A stretch of DNA of 37,774 nucleotides from Chiloscyllium plagiosum (Eukaryota): contig NC_057718.1 in NCBI RefSeq assembly GCF_004010195.1, forward strand, positions 17,831,501 through 17,869,274, written 5' to 3'. The position numbers and the translations under genes were made by a program. The first letter of the stretch is position 1; every line of letters begins with the position of its first letter. Positions 22,345 to 33,727 of the stretch are shown here, one piece after another. The notes under the pieces are model-generated. The model was not told the origin of the DNA. It did not search any database and was given only the letters and a program-made list of their open reading frames with translations.

Positions 22345-22929
22345 CTATAAGTCGGGTAGAATGAATTCTGCCCTAAATTCCTCAGAAAGTTTAATTTAAA
22401 AAGAGTAAATAACTGCATTCAAGAAGTTTTCTTGCTTGAAGAAGCCATGCTTGAAAACGAGACAGCCTGAGGCATACCACACTCTGAAAACAGTCACATG
22501 AGTAGCAGTGTCACTGTAGGAGCAGACAAACTTTCACTGTTGAGTTTAAAATCGAGAGGGATTGTATTTATGGTTATCAGGTGATCTTAATGAATATCAA
22601 TACCTGTGGTAGAGATTACTACTGAAACACTCTCATCATTTTTTAAGCTCCTCAGACTCAAATTAATATTGCAACTGATGATTTAAGTCCCTTGATGGAT
22701 TAATTAATTGATCATTCTCCAGCCAGATCTTCACAATCATTTAGATCTAGGCCCATGGCCAAACCTTATTGAGATAATATTGGCTAAGTCCATTCAGTAA
22801 TCTGAAGATAATGTTGAAGAAGCATTCCCATGGCCCATTATAGTCTAATCTCATATTGTTGAACTGATTCATACCTTTCAGTCTATCACGCTTTAAATAT
22901 TGTCAATTTGTAAATGAAAATAAAGGTAA

Positions 22930-23203
22930 GATTTGAGAAATGGCTCAAGGTATTAGGTACTGCAAAGGATGTTGGCTCTGATAACATTCCAGAAACAGGA
23001 CTGAAGATATGTGCACCAGAACTAACCATGTCCCTAGTCAAGCTCAGGCAGTACAGTTGAAACACTGCATCTCCCTGACAATGCAGAAATTTGCCCGAGT
23101 GCATCCTGCCGACAAAAAGCAAGAAAAGTTCAAACCAGATAATTACTACCCCTTAGTCAACAGTAAAATAATGGAAGGTATCATTAACAGTGCTATCAAG
23201 AGG
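22930..23203 (+). mobile_element. Distinct CR1-like LINE, RT N-terminal relic
   Basis: KWLKVLGTAKDVGSDNIP...CAPEL...ARVHPADKKQEKFKPDNY...KIMEGIINSAIKR across frameshifts. Confidence 0.75.
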
Positions 23204-23415
23204 TGTCAGTTAGCTCAGTTGGCTGTACAGCTGGTTTGCAGTGCAGAGCAATGAGTGTGGGTTTACTTCCTGCACTGGTTGAGGTATCTACAAAGGACTC
23301 TCCCTCTTGATTTCGCCCCCTGCTTGATGTGCAGTGACCGTGAAGTTAAACGAATCATCTCTCTCTAATGAGGGAGAAGTCATATGATCTGCTCAGACTA
23401 TGGTGACTTTGCCTT
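23204..23415 (+). mobile_element. tRNA-derived SINE (possibly Meta-domain type)
   Basis: A box TAGCTCAGTTGG, degenerate B box GGGTTTACTTCC, end GACTATGGTGACTTT. Confidence 0.55.
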
Positions 23416-23449
23416 ACATAGGCATTAATAATATACTCTGCTGGCTAGG

Positions 23450-23670
23450 CCAAGATTTATTGCATATCCTTCCTTTCCCCTGAGAAGGTGGTAGTGAGCT
23501 GTCTTCATCAACCACTGGGTGTCTTTGGGGTGTAGGCTTACTCACAGTGCTGTGAGGAATGAATTATAACCCCAAAACAGTGAAGGAACAGCAACACAAT
23601 TCTATGTCAGGATGTCGTGTTGCTTGGAGACGATCTCTGGAGATGGTAGTGGTCCCTTGTGTCTGCTCCA
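23450..23670 (-). mobile_element. 3' end of a CR1-like LINE (tail related to the SINE at 9415)
   Basis: TTTATTGC...CCCTGAGAAGGTGGTAGTGAGC...CAGTGAAGGAAC. Confidence 0.55.
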
Positions 23671-24726
23671 TTTAAGTGGCAGAATTGGCTGTAAAATGCT
23701 TTAGGGCATCAGGAGTTTGCGAAAGGTACTGTATAAAGATAATTCCCTCTGAGGTGTTTTTGGGCAATGTGCTGGCAGTTTAAAAGGGGCTGCAAATTTA
23801 ACAGACTGATGTTCCTCTGGAGATTCTTGCGTTTGTTTAACAGGTTTGAGATTCTTGCTCCCTCTGTGGATGAGAATGCGGCTGTAGGGCGGTTGAGCAA
23901 ACTGACCATCGCACCGTGTTACAGGGACTTTTCACAATGTCAAGCTTTGTCAAGCTAACAGCACGTAGCCAGCTGCTTCCAAAATGCCTCTCAGAATAGA
24001 CTTCCCAGAAGGAAGCTGGGTCAGCAAATTTGGGTGAGGGCTAAGTATTGGTTAGGATGTCAGAAGGTTACTCAATATCTTTTGGGAGATTGCCACAGAA
24101 ACTTCCTTCCACATGGGAAATGTGTATCATGGACAAGGCCACCACTTGTAGGCTGCTGTAACTGCCCAGGAATGAGTGCCTTGCTGGCTGGGTAACCTAC
24201 TTCAGCGCTCCAATGTGACGTCCAAAAGTTAAGATAAACGAATAAAACTTGAAAAAAACCTTCCTCCAGTTCTTAGCCCTCACACCCCCTTCACATTTCT
24301 CACCTCGCACACTCCTCCTGCCCTATCCATGTGGACCCAAGTCATCTGATGCACTCTACTCATCCTCCCAATGGCCTCTTGTGCTCCCACGACACACTAT
24401 GCCCTCTAGCCAAACCCCCTCTCCCGTTATTTCCTCTCATTATGTGAAATTAGAGCTGACTCCTACCAGCACTGATTCCATCCATCACTCTTTCCTCCTC
24501 ACCCAGTATCCACTGGTATCTGTGCACATAGCAGATAAAGAAAACATATTCCTTAAAGTTCCATATTGCAGATTGCACCCTATTAAAACACTCATTCATA
24601 AAAATAGACTTGACAGTCTTGACAGGTGCAACAGTGCCAGACAGCTTAAACACTCCTTTTACAGCTTGATATTTCCAAAGGGTTTATGCATCGTTTAAAC
24701 ACAAACTTTGCATTTGGAAAACTCCG

Positions 24727-24813
24727 AAGGAGCTGGATCAGTGTCAAAGACTCTCCACATGTAAACAAAGGGTGACTTAGTGATGGGATACTAGCCTCTG
24801 TGGAATTATTTCA
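24727..24813 (+). mobile_element. 3' fragment of the short solo LTR
   Basis: GGAGCTGGATCAGTGTCAA...AAAGGGTGACTTAGTGATGGGATACTAGCCTCTGTGGAATTATTTCA. Confidence 0.75.
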
Positions 24814-24912
24814 AGAACCAATGCAGGTACTATGGGCCAAATAATCTCCTTCTTCACCGTAACAATTCTGTCATATGCACATCTACATACAAGTACCCGC
24901 CAATACACACTT

Positions 24913-25283
24913 ACACACACACCGCTGGGTTCCACAGAGGTGAAATGCTAACAATGAAAATCCTGAGGTTGTTTGATCAATGTTCATTGGATTCTGAGAG
25001 TCTCAGCCACTACCTTGTCACACACGTGCAAGGAATAGTTGAAGATCCAGATGACATGCATGCATGAGGCAGAGGGAAAAAGAATAGATCACACACACAC
25101 ACACACACCGCTGGGTTCCACAGAGGTGAAATGCTAACAATGAAAATCCTGAGGTTGTTTGATCAATGTTCATTGGATTCTGAGAGTCTCAGCCACCACC
25201 TTGTCACACACGTGCAAGGAATAGTTGAAGATCCAGATGACATGCATGAAAGTGTGCAGGAGGCAGAGGGAAAAAGAATAGAT
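24913..25283. repeat. Tandem duplication with 186-bp offset, each unit led by (CA)n
   Basis: ACCGCTGGG at 24921 and 25107; units differ by one substitution, one ~8-nt indel and (CA)n length. Confidence 0.95.
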
Positions 25284-26183
25284 TGGCAGGAGGTAGAGAA
25301 GAAAAAGAAACAACAACTGACAGATAAAGGGAAGCAGCACTGAAGGGAAAGTGTTTTTTGGAAAAATAGAGAGGGAGTGAAAATATATCAATGGACAATG
25401 CAGTGTAAAGAAGCAAAGCACAGAATTAAAGGGAGAAACTGGAGCTAGGAAAACTGGAGTGTGTGTTTTCATCATTGCATTCATTTGTCCCCTCATACTG
25501 GTTAAATATTTCTTCAAATTGTCCGAAACTCAGCATCATCTTCTCTGTGCTGCTCCTAGTTTCTAGACACAAGTTGAACTTCTGTTTTCTGTAAAGAAAA
25601 AAACAACTATTACTTGTCATGATGGATACAAAATAACATCCGAGAATGGTCCTGACCTTCAAACAGTCATAGAGGTCTGATCCTGACAAACATTTATACC
25701 TGATCACAGTCCACCCTTCAATGTTTGAAAGACCCAGCTATAAAAATTCACAAATTAATTTCCAGTGTGAATATTTTGTGGCGCTTTTTGGTCCTGTCAC
25801 ATTCTACTTTGACCCTGCCAGTGGGATTAGGAAAGTATCAATGACAGATGTTGCTAATGTCGGTGATAATGTATCTTCACCCGCAGATTTGAATGGTTAT
25901 ATTCATTAATAATAGGCTGAGTTGAATTGTGCCCTGGGGATTGTGAATTGGAGGAGTGTCATATTTAGCATCAGGCATACAGTGCACAAGACACAAATGG
26001 CTGACCTTGATTTTCTAGTAGTGTAATTACTGAGTGTTATGTCCATATAATGTTAAAACATTTCTGTTACTTTGTGTTGCCCAGTGTTTTTATTGTGTCT
26101 GAACACGTCATCAATTTGTACCAGTTTGTCTTTGTATCCTTGGAGAAGGTTACTTCTAAACTACAAGCTATGGAGCTAACATC

Positions 26184-26813
26184 CGGCACTCTCTTGTCAG
26201 GTCCATGCCCCCCACCAACCCACCCTCCCCTCCTGGCACCTTCCCCTGTCACCACAGGAATTGCAAAACCTGGGCCCACACATCCCCCTCACCTCTGTCC
26301 AAGGAGCCTTCCACATCATTCAGAGTTTTACCTGCACTTCCACACATGTCATTTACTCTATCCATTGCTCCCGATGTGGTCTCTCCTACACTGGGGAGAC
26401 AGGATGCCTACTTGCAGAGCGCTTCACAGAACATCTCCGGGACACCTGCACCAACCAACCCCATTGCCCCGTGGCCAAACACTTCAACTCCCCCCCAACT
26501 CCACCAAAGACATGCAGGTCCTAGGCCTCCATCGCCAGTCCCTAACCAACCTACACCTGGAGGAAGAGCACCTCATCTTCTGCCTTGTGATCCTCCAATC
26601 CCACAGCATCAATGTGGATTTCCATTACCCCATCTTCATCTACCTATCATACTCCCAGTTACCTTCCCCCCAGCCCCACCCCACTCCCATTTATCTCTCC
26701 ACCCCCTTGGCTCACAAGCCTTATTCATGATAAAGGGCTCTTGCCCGAAACATTGATTCTCCTGTTCCTCGGATGCTGCCTGACCTACTGTGCTTTTCCA
26801 GCACCACACTCCT
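26184..26813 (+). mobile_element. Neptune-type Penelope-like element 3' part: Cys linker, GIY-YIG endonuclease relic, pLTR with decayed hammerhead
   Basis: GTFPCHHRNCKT; FTCTSTHVIYSIHCSRCGLSYTGETG...RFTEH...PVAKHFN; perfect TSD GAGCTAACATC at 26173-26183 and 26814-26824. Confidence 0.9.
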
Positions 26814-26871
26814 GAGCTAACATCATGGCTGCACTGGTTAAAGCAGCTTGAAGTATCTGGTTTCTGAACCA

Positions 26872-26960
26872 CAAAAAAAAACAGAATGTGCTGGAAAAGC
26901 TCAGCAGGTCTGGCAATATGTACGGAGAGAAATCAGAGTTAGTCTTTCGGGTCGAGTGAC
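26872..26960 (-). mobile_element. PLE terminal fragment
   Basis: GCTGGAAAAGCTCAGCAGGTCTGGCA...GAGTT...TTTCGGGTC. Confidence 0.7.
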
Positions 26961-27106
26961 TAGTATACAGTTCCTACCTCCCCAGAGCCAGTCCCAATAT
27001 CCCGAAAATCTAAACTCCTGCCTCCTGCATAATGTTCCAGCCAGACCTTAAGCTGTCTTATCCCCCTATCTCTATACTCTTTTAAGCATAGCATTGGAAC
27101 TAATCC

Positions 27107-28428
27107 AGAGTCATAGAATCATACAGCATGGAAACGGAACCTTCAGTCCAACTTGTCCATGCTGACCAAGCCACCCAAAGTAAAACTAGTCCCACTCGCC
27201 TGCTCATATCCCTTTAAACCTTTCCTATTCATCTACCTGTCCAACTGTCTTTTAAATGTTATACTGTACTTGCATCTACCAGTTCCTCTGACAGTTCATT
27301 CCACATTCGAGCCACTCACTGTGTGAAAAAGCTGCCGCTCAGATCCCTTTTAAATCTTTTGCCTTACACTTTACAAGTATGGCCTCTGGTTTTGACCTCT
27401 AAAACTCCAAAAGACCTTGGCTAGTCATCTTATCTGTGCCCCTCATGATTTTATAAACCTCTGTAAGGTCACCCTCAGCCTTCTACACTCCAGTAAAAAA
27501 TGTCCCAGCCTTATCTAACCTATCCTTATAACTCAAACCCCCCATTCTTAGCAGCATCCCGGTAAATCTTTTCTAAACCCTCTCCAATTTAATAATATCT
27601 TTCCTATAGCAGGGCAACCAGGACTGTCCACAGTACTCCATAAGTGACCTCCCTAATGTCCTGTGCAAACCTCAACATGACTTTCCAACTCCTATACTCA
27701 GTGCTCTAAGCAAATAAGGCAAGCATGCCAAAAGCCTTCTTAATCATCCTGTCTACCTGTGATTCAATTTTCAAAAACCTGAACCACCAGGTCTATCTGT
27801 TTGACAACGTTACCCAGGGCCCTACCATTAATGGGTGGCACAGTGGCTCAGTGGTTAGCAGGGACCTGGGTTCAATTCCCACCTTGGGTGACTGTGTGGA
27901 GTTTGCACATTCTCCCCGTGTCTGTGTGGGTTTCCTCTGGGTGCTCTGGTTTCCTCCCACAATCCAAGGATGTGCAGGCCCGGTGAATTGGCCATGTTAA
28001 ATTGCCCATAGTGTTAGGTGCTTTAGTAAATATCGGGTAAGGGAATGGGTCTAGGTGGGTTCGTCTTTGGAGGATCAGTGTGGATTTGTTGAGCTGAAGG
28101 GCCTGCTTCCATACTGTAGGGAATCTTAATTCTATAAACACTGCCTTTGTTGGTTTTAGCAAAATGCAATACCTCACATTTGTCCAAATTAAACTCCATC
28201 TACCACTCCCCAGCCCATTGGCACGATTGATCAAGATCCCTTTTTAATCTTAGATAATCTTCTTCACTATCCACTGTCACACAAATTTAGGTGTTATCTA
28301 CAAATTTACTAACCGTGCCTCCTAAATTCTCATCCAAATCATTTATATAAATGACAAATGAAAGTGAATCCAATACTGATCCTTGTGGAACATCATTGTC
28401 ACAGGCCTCCAGTCTGAAAAACAAACCT
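27107..28428 (-). mobile_element. CR1/HER1-like LINE 3' portion interrupted by HE1
   Basis: Collinear with the reverse complement of 8281-9160 and with 13807-14530. Confidence 0.88.
27833..28133 (+). mobile_element. HE1-type V-SINE
   Basis: tRNA head, V-domain, tail. Confidence 0.9.
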
Positions 28429-28679
28429 GCCCCACCAGAGACTACATGTGAGATCCTGCTTGTTAATTTTCTGCATCAGTCCCTAAATTGTGACTTCAGG
28501 ACCAAATCTCTTTATCAACCTTTCATGAATTAAAGGTCACATGATGGGAGATGTGGTACTATGTCAAGGCAATTTCTTTTTTTCTTAATTCAAAGTTATC
28601 TCCACTCCTACTGGAAGCAGTCATACATTTTTGAACTACGCAGGATTAAGCCATTTTCCAGTAGTTTGTTTAAGTGCCC

Positions 28680-28978
28680 CTTCTTAATGCCTGAGGCTAG
28701 ACAGTTAATGTGAGCAGATTATTTGACTTAGGGTCTGAGCCTGAGCCTGAATCCAAGCGTGTCCTAGTCAACCTCTATCCATGTGCACTCTCCAGCTGAA
28801 CAGTAATCACAAGTGGAAGCTTTGACTGATTTATTTCTGTATCCCAGTCTGGAAATACTGAGGCCAATTGTAGCACCATGACCCTGGCTCAGATCAAGTA
28901 ATTCAGCAAGACGGTACAGCTTCCTGATCAGTACGTGTCAATTTCACATTGCAAGCAAAGTCTTTCAACCGTACCACA
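28680..28978 (-). mobile_element. Ancient tRNA-derived SINE, AmnSINE2-like
   Basis: Minus strand GATCTGAGCCAGGG...GGTGCTACAATTGGCCTCAG...AAATCAG...ACTGTCTAG.CTCA...AAGAA matches my recollection of the AmnSINE2 consensus. Confidence 0.5.
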
Positions 28979-30291
28979 CAATCAATTTTCTGTTAATTAA
29001 CAATATTCCCAAATATCAAAGATGCAATTTGTTTTACATTAAAAAACAGCATATTTAGTGGGTTGTGTAAAATGTGTATTGCCTCAGGTCAGTATGGTGA
29101 TGTGACTGAAATACTTTGATTAGCTAATTCTAATTACCTTTAATCCTAGTTAGGGTTGAAACGTCAGCCAAGAAGGGAATAAATTAATGGACAAATTCCT
29201 CAGGATGTTTATACATACCTCTCAGGAGCCAGTTACATAATGCCCTTTGTCAAAGCATGAATTTAGGTTGTAAGTTGTCATCTGAGACCTTCGGGCCTTG
29301 TAGAACAGCCTTACAGAAATAGAAATGTCTTTGAAATGTGGAAGAGCATGTCAGGGAGCGATGAATCTATAGCTAGATTCAATCATGAAGTACAACTCCC
29401 TTGTTCATCAAGCCCCGTCCCCATACAGTCCAAGAACCTCAAAACCCCCATGGTCACCTCTTTATTGGATCTTAGTGGAGTGGAGACGATTAATGTTATT
29501 TCATTGAGGTCTTGCTTGTTTCCTGGAATAGCTTGCAAAGGTAACCTGAAGAGGAAAATGCTTTATATATCCTAAAGCCAGGAAGGACAGTAACAGCCCG
29601 CACTTATCCCTGGGAAAAGCACTACCAATATCAGAGTGGATGCTGTCATCAGAGGCAGAATATTGTTGAGGCAATGGGGTCTCATCAGCTGGCTAGAGAG
29701 CTGGCAAAAGTCCAATGGTGTGTCTTTCCGGAAAAACCTAACCAAACGACCTGCCAAATGGAAAATAACCAGACCATTGCCGGCCTTCCCCTGGAATCAA
29801 GGCTGCCACGGGAGGAGGTCCCATCTAGTGGGGTCTGCTGGCCAAAGGTGATGGACAGTTTCTGTCACCATGGCAGAAGTTCTCCTGGTCGCTGGAGGTA
29901 GAGCAAGCCTGGAGTCCAGGATCATGGAGTATTCAGGTCCTGGAGGTTAGGGGAGAGGGTAGGAGTTGCTGGGGGTCAGAAGCAAGGTCAGAGGCTGATG
30001 GCAGGTCCTGCCCAATGTCCAGTCCCTTAATCAGTCACTGATTTGATTGAGGGACTCTGTTCCTCGCTCACTCCCCTGAGCTGCCCATGGGGTAGCAGCA
30101 AATCACATGGTGACAGGCTCATCTGAACCACAATGCCCTCAATTGTAGGAAAGTCACCCCTGGGCTTTCCTGGACAGAACTTCCTTCTGCTGGAGGCGTG
30201 AAGGCAGCAGTTTTTGTGTGCATTACCAGCCCAACTGATGAAATGACCTTCCTGCCTCCAATCTCACCACTTTCAGATTCGGTGGATCTAA

Positions 30292-30913
30292 GACAGAGGT
30301 TCACCTGTCCCTTCCAACCTACTTTACTGCACCAGGTGTTCCCAATGTGGTCTTCTCTGCATCGGGAAGACCGAATGTAAACTTGGGGGACGGTTTGCAG
30401 ATGCGTCCGCGGGGACCAACCGGACCTCCCAGTCACCGCCCATTTTAATTCCCCTTCCCACTCCCTTTCCGACATGACCATCCTTGGCCTCCTCCATTGC
30501 CACAACAAACCACACCGTAAATTGGAGGAACAACACCTCATCTTCCTCTTGGGCAGCCTACAGCCCGGGCGACTCAACTTTGAGTTTTCCAATTTCAAAT
30601 AGCGTCCCTACCCATCCCCCAACACCCTTTCCAGCCCTTTCCCCTCCCTTCCACCCCTCCCTGCCACCAAATGGATTCGTTCCTTCCATTGACCAACCGG
30701 GTCGTACCCTCTACCTGTCTTCACCTATGCCCACCCGGCCCCTGCCACCACCTTTATTTGCAGCTCTCCCCACACCCACCCCCAGTCCTGAAGAAGGGTT
30801 ACACATGAAACATCGACTTCTGTCCCTCCTGATGCTGCCAGGCTTGCTGAGTTCTTCCAGCTTCCTGCCTGTGTATTTTGGATTCCAGCATCTGCAGTTT
30901 TTTTTGTCTCCAA
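30292..30913 (+). mobile_element. Penelope-like element 3' part (GIY-YIG relic and pLTR with hammerhead at 30784-30818)
   Basis: RQRFTC...; nucleotide similarity to 26320-26810; AGTC-CTGAAGA...GAAACATC-GACT. Confidence 0.85.
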
Positions 30914-31328
30914 CTAAGTATGGGCAGGATTGCTACAGTTACAGGCAAATGGCTGATACATTTGTGGGTTTGTGATGCAACCACAAGGGATGTGTGTACA
31001 TTTTTGGCATTTAGCATTGCTTTTGGTGGTGGGGCCTTGTGTACGTAAATAATTGAATAGTCACACAGCAATTGAACTAACTCCCTGTACAACAGAACGC
31101 CAACAGTTTAAAATGAAAATCAGGCCAAGCACGCTATGCTGTAGTAATCTTTCAGTTCCATTCTCCAGCAGCTCCCAGGTGAGCTACTCAGTCAAAGCAA
31201 GTGACCTAGCTAAAATTATTAAAATAATTTAAATGCCCTCCTAACCCTGAGAACAGAATCGGGGTCAGGGAGCCATCCTTTCCATGTTTCGAACATTATT
31301 GCTGTGCAGAAGACCTAAAGCAAGCACA

Positions 31329-31575
31329 GGACTTGCATTAATATAATCCCTCTCAGGCGCTCAGAATTTTCCCAAACACTTTGCAGGCAATTAAGTTCTT
31401 CTGAAGTGAAACCACTGTTGCCAAGTAGGAAGTTCAGCAGACAATTTGCAAACATCATGGACCCACAAACAGCAATGTGTTCATAACCCAGGAATCCGAT
31501 TCAACATCCTTGGCTGAGGGATAAAGATTGCCCCCCACTTAAAGGTGGATTCCCCTGCTCTTCTTTGGGTAGTGT
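31329..31575 (-). mobile_element. Deu-domain SINE relic, 3' part
   Basis: GACTTGCATT...CCCACAAACAGCAATGTG...GAGGGATAAA...TCCCCTGCTCTTCTT. Confidence 0.65.
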
Positions 31576-31651
31576 AAAGGTAAAATTATGACTTTACTCT
31601 AAGAATAGCTACTGAATAAAGAGTCACGTCTTAGTGACATCAGATCACTTG

Positions 31652-31725
31652 GATTAGCGTGTCTGCTGGCATGGACGGGTTGGACCGAAGGGTATGTTTC
31701 CATGCTGTATGACTCTATGACTCTA
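31652..31725 (+). mobile_element. CR1/HER1-like 3' tail
   Basis: GGCATGGACGGGTTGGACCGAAGGG...CTATGACTCTA. Confidence 0.85.
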
Positions 31726-31889
31726 AGATGTCCTTTCGCAGTATCCTTTTTATCCAGACAGGAGTTCAGGTTCTGCCCAAAGTCCAGTCACTTACACAGT
31801 CACTGATTTGATTGAGGGAACATGCTCCCTCACTCCCCAAGGTACTAAACTGCCTGTAGGACAGCAGCTCTTGTAAAAACTACACAATT

Positions 31890-33720
31890 ACAATTAATGA
31901 ACTTTGTTAACATTCACTTGCCTGCATATACATGATGTACACAGTAGACATGGCAAATGCAGTGCAACATGGCTAAATGTTAAGTTATACACTTCAATTT
32001 GAAAAGTAGTAGGAAGAAGTATTATTTAAAAAGTAGCATATTGGGAAATGTGAATGTACAAAGGGACCTGGGTGTCCTTGTACATCAGTGAGTAAAGGTG
32101 AGTAAAGCAATCAGGAAAGCAAATTGCTCTTATTGCAAGAGGATTTGAGTTCAGAGGTTGCACCTTGATGAGGCTACACCTGGAGTATTACATGCAGGAA
32201 GGGTATACTTGCCATATAGGGAGTGTAGCTGAGATTCACTAGACTGATGCCGGAATGGCAGGATTGTCACATGAGGACAAATTGGTTCAGCTGGGCCTGT
32301 ATTCAGTAGAGTTTAGAGGATGAGAGGGGACCTGATTTAAATGTGTAAAATTTCAATTGGGCTGGAAAGACTAGATGCAGGGTGGATATTTCCCTGAGTT
32401 GGGGAGTCGTGAACCAGGTGACATAGTCTCAGGATATAGGGTCAACTATTTAGTACTGAGATGAGAGAAATTTCTTCACTCGAACGGACTAAACCTCTGG
32501 AATTCTGCATGGCAGAAGATTGTGGAGACCAAGCCACTAAATATATTCAAGCAAAAGGAAGCTATTTTTTTAGATTTTGAAGGCATCAACAGAAATGTGG
32601 AGAAAACAGGAACATGACATTGAAATAGCGAATCAGCCATAAACCACAAACCAAAGAACTGTGGATGTTGGTGGAAAAACTCAGCAGGTCTGGCAGCATC
32701 TGTGAAGAGAAGGCAGAGTTAATGTTTTGTGTCCAGTGAGCCTTCTTCAGAACTGGTTGTAGCTAGGAAAAGGTTGGTTTATGCTGAAGATGATGGGGCG
32801 GAGGATGCAAGGAGAGAGGAGTAAATGATAGATGGAGATGGAGCCTAAAGAGAGAGAAAACAACAGTTGGGCAGATAAAGATCAGCCTGGGAGAATCAAT
32901 AGCTGCTAATGGGGACCATTAGTGATTGACAATGGGTTGTTTATGATTGCAACCCATGTGATGGCAAGGCTTGGTGTGTGGGGATGCAATAAGGACTTGG
33001 GAGAAGGTGCTCAGTCCTTATGATTATTGAGTCTACAGGGTCCCCAAGTGGAAAATGAGATGCTGTTCTTTCAGCTTATGCTGAGCTTCATTGGAGCCAT
33101 GCAGCAAGCCCGATGCAGAGATATTACCCAGGGATCATGGTGGTGTATTAAAAATGCAGGCAACAGGAAGCTTCTGCAGCCAAAACATACGTGTTCCACT
33201 CAGTGGTCACTCAGTCTGCAATTCTTCTCCCCAGTGTAGAGAACACTACACTGTGAGCAGCAAATGCAGTAGAGTAGATTGTGTGAAGCATTGGTAATTC
33301 ATTGCTTCATATGGATAGAGAGGAGGGAGAAAGTCAATAGGCAGTTGTTACACCTCCTGCAATTGCATGAGAAGGTGCCGTGGGACTGTGGGGAGGTGCT
33401 AACAGTGGAGGAGGGGTGGACCAGGGTGTCCCGGACAGAATGATCCCTGCAGAAGGCTGACAGGGTATGAGATGGGGATATGTGTCTGAGGGCAGCACCT
33501 CACTGAAGGGGGCGGAAGTGGCAGCTAATGATCTTTTGGATATCGATGATGGTGGGATGATCAGTGAGGACCATGAGGACCCTGTTACTGCTGCGGGAGG
33601 AAAGAGAAGGGCCGGGGCTACAGTGCAGGAAAAATCAGCCGTAATCCCAATGAATGGTGGAGCAAACTTGAAGGGCTGAATGGCCTACTCCTGCTCCTAT
33701 TGTCTATGTTCCAATGTTTC
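31890..33720 (+). mobile_element. Old CR1 3' portion split by a PLE
   Basis: AGGGACCTGGGTGTCCTTGT, CACCTGGAGTATT, GAGAGGGGACCTGAT; tail GGCTGAATGGCCTACTCCTGCTCCTAT resumes after 33644. Confidence 0.75.
32643..33632 (-). mobile_element. Neptune-type PLE ~1-kb 3' fragment with decayed hammerhead (32717-32754)
   Basis: PLE terminus at left, GIY-YIG/Cys-linker-like sequence at right; TSD AATCAGCC(A/G)TAA at 32631-32642 and 33633-33644. Confidence 0.82.
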
Positions 33721-33727
33721 CATATGT

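Noticed and set aside
2353..24826. Both LTR remnants (ending 2358 and 24813) are followed by AGAACCA..GCAG
   Set aside because: At 24814 this merges into a CR1-type tail with similar sequence, and the third copy lacks it; too short to claim a shared source locus.
25131..25343. Charged, protein-like ORF (MLTMKILRLF...KKKKQQ)
   Set aside because: Lies in the tandem duplication and a purine-rich tract; the first unit is frameshifted; no recognisable domain or clear splice context.
26050..26756. Long Pro/His-rich ORFs (226 aa, 183 aa) and 30484-30975
   Set aside because: Mostly off-frame readings of C-rich Penelope sequence.
29156..29170. GAAACGTCAGC resembling the hammerhead 3' half
   Set aside because: No upstream CTGANGA with stem II and no PLE tail downstream.
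30288..30918. CTAAG as TSD of the PLE at 30292-30913
   Set aside because: Only 5 bp, against 11-15 bp for the other PLE copies; could be chance.
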